DNA of 64,000 nucleotides from Octopus vulgaris (lineage: Eukaryota), in assembly GCA_951406725.2 (NCBI GenBank), contig OX597823.1:28582001-28646000 (forward strand). The letters are read 5' to 3'. Within the stretch, counting starts at the first letter, position 1; each line of letters opens with the position of its first letter. Shown one piece after another: positions 13,009-26,018 of the stretch. Both the position numbers and the translations under genes were made by a program. The notes under the pieces were generated by a model. It saw only the letters and a list, made by a program, of their open reading frames with translations, did not search any database and had not been told where the DNA came from.

Positions 13009-13899
13009 CATCATCATCATCATCATCATCATCATTATCATTATTATTATTTATAAAGCGACGAATTGAAAGAATAATTAGTACACCGGACGAAATTCTG
13101 AGCAGCATTTCCTCCGTCTTTATGTTCAGAGTTCAAATTTCGCCTAGATTACTTCGAAATTATAATATTACTTCAGTCAAACCTCCTCTGTATCCAGATA
13201 CATAGATAGACCTTCGTTTTTAGGCAAAATTTTCTGACGAAGTCTTTAATTCGCATAATGTCAAAGTTAACTGCTTATGTTTAATATGACTTTCTACATC
13301 GCACACAATTCCAAAAACAAATACACAGGAACACGGTCTCCACTCTGGAACATACTCTGCAACGGCTGGAATCTTACGAAGTTCCTACTCAAAGGGCTCT
13401 ACCTCTCAGAAGTTGTAGTATATAAAGCTAACCTCACACTACCCAATGGCTCTCAACCAACGATTTTAAGGGAAAATTTACGCAACACATGTTCTTCAAG
13501 ATATAGAAACCTGGCAAAAAGCTTTTCGATGTAGCAACATCTGGAGACCCCAGAACTAAGGGAGCGTGTTTGCTTTAAAATCATATGTCCCATACTTGAG
13601 AGGGTCATCTTTTACTCATCCGGAGTCCATAAATACCAACTTCATCATATCGTAGGTTCTAAATAAATCTAATGAATAAAATCTAGAATTCGATGTAAAA
13701 CTACAGAAGACTGTGTGATGTGAAGAGATGTGAGATTAATGTCGTTCCGAGCTGCCTACGACACACATCGTTTCTCTTTTTGTCATTTAAACATGCTGTG
13801 GACTATTAGAATTATCAGACCATCAGTATTTTCCTAGATTCTTGTTTTGTTCTCGGATGAAAACAATTAAGTTCGTTTCTTTTAACATTTTATTTTTCA

Positions 13900-14560
13900 G
13901 TTAGGTCTAGAAATTTTCTAATAAGGTATTAGACATTATCTTATTTACGATATTTCCCAACAAACGTGACTTGAAATATAAATCATCTTGTGATTAATAT
14001 TTCAAGTATTAATCATCGTGAGAATATTGTCATTAAACAATAATTTAGAGCTGAAAGATTTTTATTTGCAGACTCCTTCGAACAAATAATAGCTGGGGAT
14101 TAAACTTTTAGCATTGGTAATTACGGTGAGAAGAGATACTTGCAAAAAATTTCTATCTTAACAATCAGCTAACAGCTGTGTCTAGTTATGCATAACAATA
14201 ATAGTTTCGAAGAGAAGTGGAGAACATCGCTCTCATTCCAAGACATAATGCTAATGTCTCTAAAACTTAATATCAGAAAAAAACAAAACAATTACACAGT
14301 TTATAATTAGCTTATTTATCACGTTGTAAAATTAAAGATTCACATTTTTAGTGACAGAAATACACTTTCACGGAAATGTACTTACACAGGTTCTTACTCA
14401 TCCAGGTTCTAAGACAATTTCATGTCTGCAGTTAACAAATAATACTTGACTGGAGCAAACACGAACGCTGCCTAAAGTCGTAGACTTGTGAAGTATTCAC
14501 ATGAAGCTGTAATCAGAATAGACATATATTGCAACCATTAGCAACTCGACTATTAAATGA
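13900..14560 (+). mobile_element. Possible very old Penelope-like RT/GIY-YIG relic
   Basis: Fragmentary translation (LNNNLELKDFYLQ) resembles the Penelope RT 'N.F.F...FY.Q..G..MG' region. Heavily disrupted. Confidence 0.25.
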
Positions 14561-14829
14561 GTGTCTTGCAAGGTTTCGTAAAGATCTGTTGCAGACTGAA
14601 TTTAGTAGAGTTCCACATTAATGGAAATTCTAGTTCTATATCATTGTTTCAAAGAGATTTGAGGGGATCAATCATCGTCTTGTTACCATTCCTGACTCAA
14701 ACATGTCTGAAACGCAAGCATTTGCGCGGTGCCAACCGTTTGTATTGCGATCGTCTAAAGGTTAAGTAAAGGTGATAAACATGCAAATGCAGAGCATAAT
14801 AAACTCGTTATCTGTCACTCAACAACCAG

Positions 14830-15010
14830 CATGGCTGAAAATGATCGATGCTAGTGAGAAGGAACAACACCTACAAAAATCAGTATTGCTTGGAACTGCA
14901 AGAATTCTTTGCAGGGTTCCTGAAGCATGACGAGTAAACAAGTGTCACCTTAGTCTGCTGATACTTTCCATCATACTCAGCAAAATGAGCTGTGAAATTT
15001 ATTACAATAG
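14830..15010 (+). mobile_element. 3' end of Dong-like LINE subfamily C
   Basis: Translates as WLKMIDASEKEQHLQKSVLLGTARILCRVPEA*, matching the family C-terminus (IQKIVLMGTAHILRK). A short UTR and (AAT)n follow. Confidence 0.75.
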
Positions 15011-15011
15011 C

Positions 15012-15070
<59 letters not shown>

Positions 15071-15134
15071 GGATATAATAATAAGGATATAATAATAAGG
15101 ATATAATAATAATAATTAAGGATATAATTTCAGC

Positions 15135-18100
15135 TAATGATGTTGATATCACAGATCTCAACCACCTATACTATGCATCCGCGAAAATCTCAACGATCCT
15201 ATGTGGTGAAAAGATTAGAAAACGGCAAAATTTCCACAAAAAGCCTTCTTGGCAAGAGCGTTTGCAACAACAAATTAAACTATTTAGATCTGACATTGAA
15301 TATTTGAAAAACCTTAAGGTTCATAAGACTACCAAACTTACAAAACCCCCAAAACTAATGAAAAAATATAATATGAAAACTATACTTGATATTGATGCCA
15401 CCATAGAAACCATCAAGCAAAAGGTATCTGCTAAAGCTGCCCGCATAGCGAGGTATGAAAAGCGTGTTAGATTCTTCATGGACAACAACATGTTAAAAAA
15501 TAACCCCAAAAATTTTTACCGGAAGATTGGAAAAACAACAGTTACTGTAAAGTCTGTACCATCAAAAGAAGAAGTGCAGGGATTTTGGAATAAAATTTGG
15601 GCAGAAGAAAAAACACACAGCGAAGAGGCCACCTGGATTGATAGAATATCTAAAGAACTGGACTCCTTAGAAGAGCAAAAGTGGGAGGGTATCAAGGTAG
15701 AAGATATAAGATCTGCTCTCAAGAGGTCAAGCAAATGGAAGTCTCCAGGAAAGGATAAAATCCCTAACTTTTGGTTGAAGGCCTTCCCAGAGAGCCATGA
15801 ACTGCTAACAGAACTTTACAATGATGTTTTGCAACACCCTAGTAGGATGCCTCCTTGGCTAGTTAATGGGTTAACATTCCTACTTCCAAAAAGTGAAGAA
15901 ACAAATTAACCAAAAAACTATAGACCCATAACCTGCTTAACAACTATGTATAAAACACTAACATCTGTCCTGACAGAATATACTTATAGTTTTTTGACAG
16001 ACAGCAACGTATTCCCTAACGAACAGAAAGGATGTAAACGTGGATCCTACGGTTGTAAAGATCAACTGCTCATCAATAAGATGATCTTAGAAGATTGTCA
16101 CAAACGACACAAAAACTTATCAATAGCCTGGATAGACTATAAAAAGGCTTTTGATAGCCTACCACATAGCTGGATTAAGAAATGCCTAGAAATGTATAAG
16201 ATAGCACCTACTCTGCGAAACTTTTTGTTTGTAAGTATGAGATCATGGAGAACCACACTAACTTTGAACAGTGACAATGAATCTCTAAATGCTGGTGATG
16301 TAAAAATTACATGTGGCATTTTCCAGGGTGACTCACTATCACTACTCCTCTTCTGTTTATCCTTAATACCTCTCTCAAAACTGCTCAATGACGCGCAGTA
16401 CGGATATAAAATGTTTGATAAAAATATAAATCATCTCATTTACATGGATGATTTAAAGCTCTTTGCAAAAAATGACCAACAACTCAAGGGCTTACTAGCG
16501 ATTGTCAAACAATTCAGTGATGACATCAGAATGCAATTTGGCCTCGATAAGTGTGCAAAAGCTACCTTTATCAAAGGAAAAATTACAGAAACATCTAACG
16601 TTAACCTTGACCAGCAGAATGTCATAAAAGAATTAGACCCAGCAGAGAACTACAAGTATCTAGGGGTAATTGAAGGAGACGGAATAAGGCATTCAGAGAT
16701 CAGGAGAGAATGGATCAGGAGAGAATGTTATCGCAGAGTAAGAGCAATACTCAAGACAGAGCTGAATGCGAGAAACAGGATCGAAGCGATCAATGCATTA
16801 GCCATACTAGTCGTGACTTACATTTTCAATATCGTTAACTGGTCAATTACTGAAATATGTAATCTTGACAGAAAAATACGAAAGCTGTTGACAATGCATA
16901 GAATGCACCACCCTAAGGCAGATACAGAACGACTTTATCTGCCAAGAAAAGAGGGAGGCCGTGGACTTTTACAACTGGCAATAACAATGAAGATTGCTAC
17001 AACTGGCCTAGACACCTACCTGAAAAACTCTGAGGACTGGATGTTAAAACTTGTCTCAAAACATGAAAACAAGAAATCATCATACTCAGTAACAAAACAG
17101 GCAAAGGAATACCTAAGTGAATTCCGAATACAACAAATTCCGGAATTAGACATACAAGAAACAGGCACAGAAAAAGCTAAGCGCATGAAAACCCGTGCTA
17201 AATCTGCGGCCTTAGATATTCTGAATGATAAATGGCAAGAAAAACCTCTCTATGGCAAATACCCAAAGAGAGCGAATAATGCAGATGTTGACAAAGCCCT
17301 GACCCATCAATGGCTAATGACCTCTGGCTTAAAATCTGAAACAGAGGGGTTTATGATAGCAGCTCAAGATCAATGCCTACCAACAAGAAACTACCAGGCC
17401 AACATATTAAAGATCAGAAGCAGTTCAACGTGTCGTTTATGCCAGCAACAAAATGAAACCATTGATCATGTGGTCTCCAAGTGCAGTCTTCTAGCGCCTA
17501 CAGAGTATCTCAACAGGCACGATAGAGCTGCACAATATATTCACTGGGTAATCTGCAAAAACCTGGATTTGCCCCATGAAAAAAACTGGTGGGAACACAA
17601 ACCACCCCCAGTGCTTGAAAATGACCACATCTCACTCCTCTGGAACTTCACCATTCAAACTGACAGAAAGATAGATGCAAATAGGCCAGACATCATATTG
17701 AAAGACTTCAAACAAAGAACATGCCACCTCATTGATATGACTGTCCCAATCGATATAAACGTATCTGTGAAGACCTACGAAAAACTGAGCAAATATAAAT
17801 ATCTTGAAATAGAAATCAGCAAAATGTGGAACCTGAAGACTAAAACAATACCTGTTGTCATAGGTGCCCTGGGAATGATAGCAAAAGGGGCTGATAGTTA
17901 CCTAACTCAGATACCAGGAAACCCAAAAATGGCAGAAATTCAAAAGATAGTGCTCATGGGAACTGCTCATATCCTACGCAAATTACTTTCTATGTAATCT
18001 CAAGGTTTAAAACAAACATTTTTTCTTTAGACATCCACCTGTACAACACAAAAAACAACCAAATATATGGCACACTAGGCATAACAACAACGTGAACTTC

Positions 18101-18173
18101 CAACCTGTTGTCTCTTGAGGTCTCCGGGTGAGACTTGGAGCCAACTTGTACAAATATAAAGCAAAAATCAAAC

Positions 18174-18175
<2 letters not shown>
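15135..18175 (+). mobile_element. 5'-truncated R4/Dong-like REL-endonuclease LINE, subfamily B
   Basis: KSPGKDKI..FWLK, NYRPITCL, WIDYKKAFDS, GIFQGDSLS, YMDDLKLF, CRLC..ETIDHVVSKC, RHD, PDIILKD and KLSKY are all present. 3' UTR 17998-18175. (AAT)n on both flanks. Confidence 0.95.
15262..17997 (+). pseudogene. LINE RT-REL ORF interrupted by one in-frame TAA (15907-15909)
   Basis: ORFs 15262-15909 and 15946-17997 are in the same frame and read ETN*PKNYRPITCL across the stop. Confidence 0.9.
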
Positions 18176-18254
<79 letters not shown>

Positions 18255-18280
18255 TAATAATTATAATAATTTTAATAATA

Positions 18281-18450
18281 ATACTGTTGGTGCTCATGTA
18301 TTTTAATTTAACTTTAAAAAAAAAAAAATGATCGAACTACTGAGTTTGGTTTAATGGCCTACCAATGTATACTATGAGTTTCTTTGCCCTAAGAGTCGGG
18401 AAGACACTCGGCAAGAAATAGAAGCAAATTTGAAAGAAGAAAAAAAAAGT
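18281..18450 (+). mobile_element. 3' UTR-only insertion of Dong-like subfamily A
   Basis: Reverse-complement match to 10470-10640 (CATGTATTTTAATTTAACTTT...GAGTCGGGAAGACACTCGGCAAGAAA). Flanked by (AAT)n. Confidence 0.9.
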
Positions 18451-18481
18451 AATAATAATAATAATAATAATGATGATGATG

Positions 18482-18513
<32 letters not shown>

Positions 18514-18711
18514 GATTTCATAGTCCAGCACAAGGCTTGAAATTTGGTGGGCGGTGTTAAGTCGATGGCATTGACCCCTGTATTCAACCTCAACTGATTC
18601 TTAAATTATGGGTCCCAAAAGGTGAAAAACAAAATCAACCGTGGCGGCATTTGAAATCCTTAAGGACGGACGAAATGCTGCTAAGTATTTTGTCCGTTGT
18701 GCTAACGATTT

Positions 18712-18925
18712 AGCTGTTATTTATAGCTTCAATGTATTGAACTGGGAATTTCAATAAAATAAAGAAATTTGACAGGAAAATACGTAACATGTTGCCTTGC
18801 AATAAGTTACACCACCCAAAGGCAGACATGGCTCGTGTTTACTTTCTCAGAGCCCAAGGATTTCGTGGCTTGATCCTTTTTGAACACTCTTATAAAACCG
18901 CCACAATTGAACCGACCAAATATTG
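18712..18925 (+). mobile_element. Decayed internal fragment of Dong-like subfamily A
   Basis: LPCNKLHHPKADMARVYFLRAQGFRGLILFEHSYKTAT compared with LSCNRMHHPKADVDRLYLPRAQGSRGLIQFELPYKTTT in the 10.6-12.2 kb copy. Confidence 0.8.
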
Positions 18926-19621
18926 GCTTACCACCTCTTTAAACAGTAAAAAATACCTGTATAAAATACTTGCCCAGTTTCGTTTGTGCTCCTCGCACAT
19001 CCCACACAACGCAACTATATCAAGCAGAGGGACTTAAGCATTTCAATCTCTCGGATGAAGTGAAAAGTAAATATCTTCAAACCATTTCTCTTTTCAAAAT
19101 GTCTTTTCATATCATTACTGTTATTATTCTTCTAACATTAATTATCACGTGATATTAAAATCATGATAATTGTAAAATGATGCACGTACTCATGAAGAAA
19201 GCAGTTTACGGCAATGAATTGAAAGTTTAAGACCTGTCAGAACTAATAAACAAACGGATTATAACTAACTAATCGATTTAAAAATGCCACTATTATGATT
19301 GTTAGTCAGGCATTGAACACAGTTATTGATTCTAACCGCAGAAGAAACGACTAAATACCGTGGTGTTAGTTAGATGTCGGTCATTAAGCTGAATTTCCGT
19401 TGAATAGTAAATAATTATAATTCTATTTTAGGGGGCTTGCTGTTTACATTGGACTAGCTATATATGTGTGTGTACGTGTGTGTGCGTATATGTGTGTGAG
19501 TATGTGTGTGTGTTTGGGTGCTTGGTTGTATGTGCGTATGTGCTACAATTTTATAGTTATTTAGTCCCAGGTCGGCGTGATCAAACTTTATGAGCTAAAG
19601 TTATGAAGTTGTAAAAATATC

Positions 19622-19835
19622 TTTTCTACTAAAGAACAAGTCCTGGAATTTGTGTGGGGTGAAATAGTCGATTACATGAACCCAGTACATGACTGGTAGT
19701 TGATTTATCGACCACGAAAGGATGAAAGGCAAAGTCGACCTCGGTGGAATTTTGAACCCCAGAACGTATAGATGGACAGAATTTTGTTAAGCATTTCATC
19801 CGGCGTGCCACCGGTTCTGTCTGGTCGCCACCTTT
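19622..19835 (-). mobile_element. SINE family 4 (Deu/Nin-domain-like); other copies at ~18520-18710(-), 49560-49760(+), 52600-52790(+) and 59363-59510(+)
   Basis: Shared core GTTCAAATTCCGCCGAGGTCGACTTTGCCTTTCATCCTTTCG..GTCGATAAA....TACCAG. The resemblance to the Deu/Nin domain is from recall. Confidence 0.7.
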
Positions 19836-20210
19836 GAAGTAATAAAATATAATAAGAAAAATAATGCGACAAAGAAAATCAGCGAGACTTCCTTGTATTT
19901 TGGGGTTATTTTTCAGCTAAGCCCTACTATGCTATGTAACACACACACACACACAAACTCACACACACACACACACATACACACACATACACGCAAACAT
20001 ATATATCTAAGTACCGTCCTATATTTGAGAGATGAGGAATTATGTATATCATTTACATTATTTACATTTAACGGATATTTGTCTTCATCTTTGTTGTTAA
20101 CACAACATTTCGGAGAACCCAGGTTCGAAATTCCCTCAGGAACGAAGGAAAATTATCCATCAAATGTAAATAATGTAAATGATATGTATATATATATATA
20201 TATATATATA

Positions 20211-20369
20211 ACCAATGGCCCAGTGGTTAGGGCAGCGGACTCGCGGTCATAGGATCGCGGTTTCGATTCCCAGACCGGGCGTTGTGAGTGTTTATTGAGC
20301 GAAAACACCTAAAACCTCCACAAAGCTCTGGCAGGGGATGGTGGTGATCCCTGCTGTACTCTTTCACCA
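20211..20369 (+). mobile_element. 5' half of tRNA(Arg)-like SINE family 2, abutting a LINE
   Basis: CAATGGCCCAGTGGTTAGGGCAGCGGACTCGCGGTC...GGTTTCGATTCCC. Matches the full copies at 27.8-28.2 kb and 51.4-51.8 kb. Confidence 0.9.
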
Positions 20370-21800
20370 TTGGAACGAATACTCAGAAGGAAACTAATCA
20401 CCTTCCTTGAAGAAAATGACTTGCTGCCTGACACCCAACATGGTTTCCGACCAGGAAGAAGCTGCTTAACTCAGCTCCTACAACACTATGACTGGGTGCT
20501 GAAACGACTGCTCAACCACTCAAATGTGGAAGTCATATATCTCGACTTTGCAAAGGCCTTTGATAAAGTCGATCATGGAATGATATGTCACAAACTGCGT
20601 GATCTTGGCATAGTTGGAAAATTGGGAGAATGGCTTCATGACTTTCTGAAGAATAGAAGTCGGGTGGTAGTAGCCACTTCCATTAACACGCAAATAGTGA
20701 GCGGTGTTCCGCAGGGCACTGTTTTGGGACCACTACTGTTCATAATGGCCCTCTCAGACATGCCCTCAATCACGCAGAGAGCCACGATCACAAGTTATGC
20801 TGATGATACAAAAGTTTCACAGGCAATACAGAACCCTGAAGACTCTATGCACCTGCAATGTGAGCTGGACAAAATATACAAGTGGGCTGAAAAGAATAGC
20901 ATGCAGTTCAATGCTGAAAAGTTTCAAGCTTTATGCTATCAGCATGCAAAACTGAATGCAATACCCAATGAATACACTGGACCCGGAGGGATTGCAATCC
21001 CAGAGGCACAATCAGTGCCTGACCTGGGTATTCACATGAGTGATGACGCGACCTTTCATGTACATGTTGCTAAACTGGCAATGAAATGTAGACGGCTGGC
21101 CGGATGGATTCTTAGAACCTTTAGAACAAGAGAACAAGAAACCATGATGGTCCTCTGGAAGACACTTGTCCTAAGCCACTTTGACTATTGCTCTCAGCTA
21201 TGGTCACCATCCAGTGTCAAGTTGATCACAGAACTTGAGGCGATCCAACGAAGCTACACGAAGAAGATAGCCTCTGTGTAGCATATAAGCTACTGGGAAA
21301 GACTCAAGAGATTACGACTCTATTCCTTGGAGCTTAGGCGAGAAAGATATGCCATAATATATATCTGGAAGATCCTGGAAGGACTTGTCCCAAACTTTGG
21401 CATCGAGAGTCACACAAATTCCAGAACCGGGTGCCACTGCGTGGTACCAAGGACTCCAAATTTGCCATCAAGATGTAGGACAAGATACTGTGATAGTCTG
21501 GGCTTCAGAGGCCCACAGCTCTTCAATATCCTCCCGAAGAACCTGAGTGACCTGCATGGTGTAGATGCGGATGTCTTTAAAGTAGGACTGGATCTCTTCC
21601 AGTCAGGTGTCCCGGATGAACCAACTTCACGGCAGGAGGTGCAGATGAGGGCAGCTGCATCGAACTCTCTCATGCACCAAATGGCAGTTGCTAAAAAGCA
21701 TTCGTGAGGTAAAATCATGTAGCAAACCAAATGGCGGTGCCCCAGCATGGCCACAGCTCATGAGCTGAAACTGGAAAAATCAAAAATCAAAATCAAAATC
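20370..21800 (+). mobile_element. 5'-truncated CR1/L2-group LINE (RT pseudogene)
   Basis: QHGFRPGRSC, YLDFAKAFDKV, SGVPQGTVLGPLLF and YADDTK are present, with one in-frame stop at 21279-21281. 3' tail (AAAATC)n. Confidence 0.92.
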
Positions 21801-21809
21801 ATATATAAT

Positions 21810-22226
21810 GTACTGTTCCGTGATAAAAAATTCAACAAAAAATGTACTCCATTTGCAATCCTAAATAATAATACAGCAGATAAGATTACCCATATTGGAT
21901 TATGTGAAGGTGAACATAAAAAATCGCTATGCTAATCACATAGTCTCCTTCCGAAACACCGACAAAAGTAAACTTAGTAAGTTGGCTAACTACGAATGGA
22001 CTTAGAAAGATAACGAAGCACCGCATGTAATATAATGGAATATAATTGAGAAAACCATACCCTATGTGAATGGATCGAATAAATGTACGCTTTGTGTAGC
22101 TGAAATAGCACAGTTCCTATTCATACTAAATCTCTACTAAACTCCAGGTGGGGAATTTTCAGCGGTTGCAAGCATATGTATAAATATATCTTGAAGAATT
22201 GGAAAATTCCGCCTATCCCTGACTAA
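21810..22226 (+). mobile_element. Penelope-like element GIY-YIG endonuclease relic
   Basis: With frameshifts it reads HIGLCEGEHK/NRYANHIVSFRN...LANYEWT*K...WNIIEK...KCTLCVAE...LLNSR..IFSGCKH, the YIG...R..NH..SF / C..LC..E / LN.R...C.H pattern of invertebrate Penelope-type endonucleases. Confidence 0.75.
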
Positions 22227-22435
22227 GTTGATATATTTCCAGCCTATTAAGAGCTAAGTAGAATAGTTTTTTTTCTTTTTTACCTTTTTAAATTTTACAT
22301 TTTACTTTTGTATTTTCGTTCTCCGTTTTTCGTTTTCCGTTTTCTACTTTCTGCTATTTCTATATGCTGCCTTCTCAGTGTTCTCTCTTTTTTCTCTATT
22401 AGTCAATTTTTAAAAATCTTTATGATAAGCAGTTT

Positions 22436-22489
22436 GCGCCTGAAGAATATGTTTGAGTACTTCTCAACATATATAACTATTAGTAGCGC
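22436..22489 (+). ncRNA. Inactivated type I hammerhead ribozyme downstream of the Penelope endonuclease
   Basis: GCGC-CTGAAGA-ATATGTTTGAG tactt CTCAACATAT-[ATAA in place of GAAA]-CTATTAG-TA-GCGC. All three stems are intact and the GAAA box is mutated. Confidence 0.65.
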
Positions 22490-22499
22490 TTAAATACAT

Positions 22500-24050
22500 T
22501 TTTATTTATTTTATTTTATTTTATCTAGTTTCAGCTCACGAGCTGTGGCCATGCTGGGGCACCGCCATTTGGTGTTTTTACATAATTTTACTTCACGAAT
22601 GCTTTATAGCAATTGCCATTTGGTGCATGAGAGAGTTCGATGCAGCTGCCCTCATCTGCACCTCCTGCAGTGAAGTTGGTTCACCTAGGACACCTGACAG
22701 GAAGAGATTCAGTTTTATTTTAAAGACATCTGCGTCCACCCCATGCAGGTCGCTCAGGTTCTTCGGGAGGATATTGAGGAGCTGTGGGCCTCTGAAGCCC
22801 AGGCTTTCACAGTATCTTGTCCTACATCTTGATGGCAAATTTGGAGTCCTTGGCAATATGCAGTGGCACCCAGTTCTAGCATTTGTGTAACTCTCGATGC
22901 CAAAGTTTAGGACAAGTCCTTCTAGGATCTTCCAGATGTATATCATGGCATATCTTTCTCGCCTACGCTTTAAGGAATAGAGTCGTAATCTCTTGAGTCT
23001 TTTCCAGTAGCTTATATGCTGCACAGAGGCTATCTCCTTCGTTGGATCGCCTCAAGTTCTGTGATTAACTTGACACTGGATGGTGACCATAGCTGAGAGC
23101 AATAGTCAAAGTATCTTAGGATAAGTGTCCTCCAGAAGACCATCATGGTTTCCTGGTCTCTTGTTCTAAAGGTTCTAAGAATCCATCCGGTCAGCCGCCT
23201 ACATTTCATTGCCAATTTAGCAACATGCACATAAAAGGTTGCATCATCACTCATGTAAATACCCAGGTCTCACACTGATTGCGCCTCTGGGATTGCAATC
23301 CCTCCATGTCCCGTGTATTTATTGGGTATTGCATTTAGTTTTGCATGCTGATAGCATAAAGCTTGAAACTTTTCAGCATTGAACTGCATGCTATTCTTTT
23401 CAGCCCACTTGTATATTTTGTCCAGCTCACATTGCAGGTGCATAGAGTCTTCAGGGTTCTGTATTGCCTGTGAAACTTTTGTATCATCTGCATAACTTGT
23501 GATCGTGGCTCTCTGCGTGGCTGAGGGCATGTCTGAGAGGGCCATTATGAACAGTAGTGGTCCCAAAACAGTGTCCTGCGGAACACCGCTCACTATTTGC
23601 GTGTTATTGGAGGTGGCCCCATTGGCTACTACCACCTGACTTCTATCCATCAGAAAGTCATGAAGACATTCTCCCAATTTTCCAACTATGCCAAGATCAC
23701 GCAGTTTGTGACAGATCATTCCATGATCGACTTTATCAAAGGCCTTTGCAAAGTCGAGATATATGACTTCCACATTTGAGTGGTTGAGCAGTAGTTTCAG
23801 CACCAAGTCATAGTGTTGTAGGGGCTGAGTTAAGCAGCTTCTTCCTGGTCGGAAACTATGTTGGGTGTCAGGCAGCAAGTCATTTTCCTCAAGGAAGGTG
23901 ATTAGTTTCCTTCTGACTATTCATTCCATGACCTTGCTGATGTGTGAGGTCAGAGAGATATGTCTGTAGTTCTTGGTCTCCGCTCTGCTACCTCCTTTAT
24001 GAACAGAGCATATTTTACCTTCCTTCAATTTTCTTGCAAGTTTGCCATAT
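22500..24050 (-). mobile_element. 5'-truncated CR1/L2-group LINE, same family as 20370-21800, opposite strand
   Basis: ORFs 23270-23878, 23030-23254 and 22593-23024 are near-identical in protein sequence to the + strand copy. Frameshifted. (ATAAA)n tail at ~22500-22525. Confidence 0.92.
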
Positions 24051-24201
24051 ACTGTCCCATTTAAATAAATAAATAATATATATATATGAATATATATAAA
24101 CTCACAACCTCGTGATCATATGCTCGCCGCTCTAACCACGAAGCTATGCGCCTTCACGTTATACACACACACACAAACGCACACATATATATAATATATA
24201 A

Positions 24202-24918
<717 letters not shown>

Positions 24919-25214
24919 GTATATAATTTCTACTGATAGGATATTATGTTAATGAATTTTAATTTTGAATTGACGATTGTATATCTTCATTTTCGGTATA
25001 TTTTTGTGATATGTTATGATACTTTCTATCAGTTGTGAAAAGCTGTGTGTTATTTTCTATATGGCAGTGTTTGTGTAGAGTATGTACCTAAGGCGTCACT
25101 CGCGTACGAGTACTATATGCTAGCATATACCACACTTTTGGAAATTGATTTAGGGGCCTATGTAGTTGTGACAAGAGATAGACACCCTTTCGGCCTACCC
25201 ACCATTTCTATGAG

Positions 25215-25355
25215 TGGGCAGGTATTTTCTACTGTAGTCTCGGGCCGACCAAAGGCTTACGAGTGTGTTTGGTAGACGTAAACTGAAAGAAGTCCGTCGT
25301 TTATATATATAAATATATGTATATATATATATATATGTGTATATATATATATACT

Positions 25356-25407
<52 letters not shown>

Positions 25408-25446
25408 TACATATATATATATATATACATATATACATATATATAT

Positions 25447-25490
<44 letters not shown>

Positions 25491-25745
25491 ATGTGTGTAT
25501 ATGTATGTATGTGTATGTATGTATGTAAATGTACATATGTTTGTATGTTTGTATGAGTGTGTCGCCCTAACATCGCTTGACTACCGATATTGGTGTGTTT
25601 ACGCCCCGGTAACTTTGCGATTTGGCTAAAAAGACCGATATAATAAGTACTAGGCTTATAAAGAATAAGTCCTGAGGTTGAATTGCTCGACTAAAGGTGG
25701 TACTCCAGCATGGCCGCAATCAAATGACTGAAACAAGGAAAAGAG
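25215..25745 (+). mobile_element. SINE family 1 copy with an expanded internal (TA)n tract
   Basis: The 5' module (GGGCCGACCAAAG...GGTAGACG.AAACTGAAAGAAG) and 3' module (CATCGCTTGAC...CTCCAGCATGGCCGCA.TCAAATGACTGAAAC) are separated by ~260 bp of microsatellite. Confidence 0.8.
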
Positions 25746-25891
25746 AAAAAGAAAAAAAGAGCAGCATATTTGACAGCTGAATGATGTGGAAAAACGTGAA
25801 ATGAAGCGCCACCTGGTGCACATTAAGTACTCAAATGACATATATGTATACATAGTGTTGTATATATAGATATATGTATATATATATACAC

Positions 25892-25932
<41 letters not shown>

Positions 25933-25936
25933 ATTA

Positions 25937-25972
<36 letters not shown>

Positions 25973-26018
25973 AATATATATATATGTGTGCGTGTGTGTG
26001 TGTGTGTGTATAATGTGA

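Noticed and set aside
15907-15909. Programmed readthrough or two-ORF organisation of the LINE
   Set aside because: The stop falls inside a conserved RT-proximal motif (just before PKNYRPI) of a single-ORF clade, so a simple nonsense mutation is more likely.
20211-20290. tRNA genes at the SINE heads (also 26019, 28198, 51783, 61472)
   Set aside because: A/B boxes are present, but there is no complete cloverleaf and each continues into a SINE body, some with TSDs.
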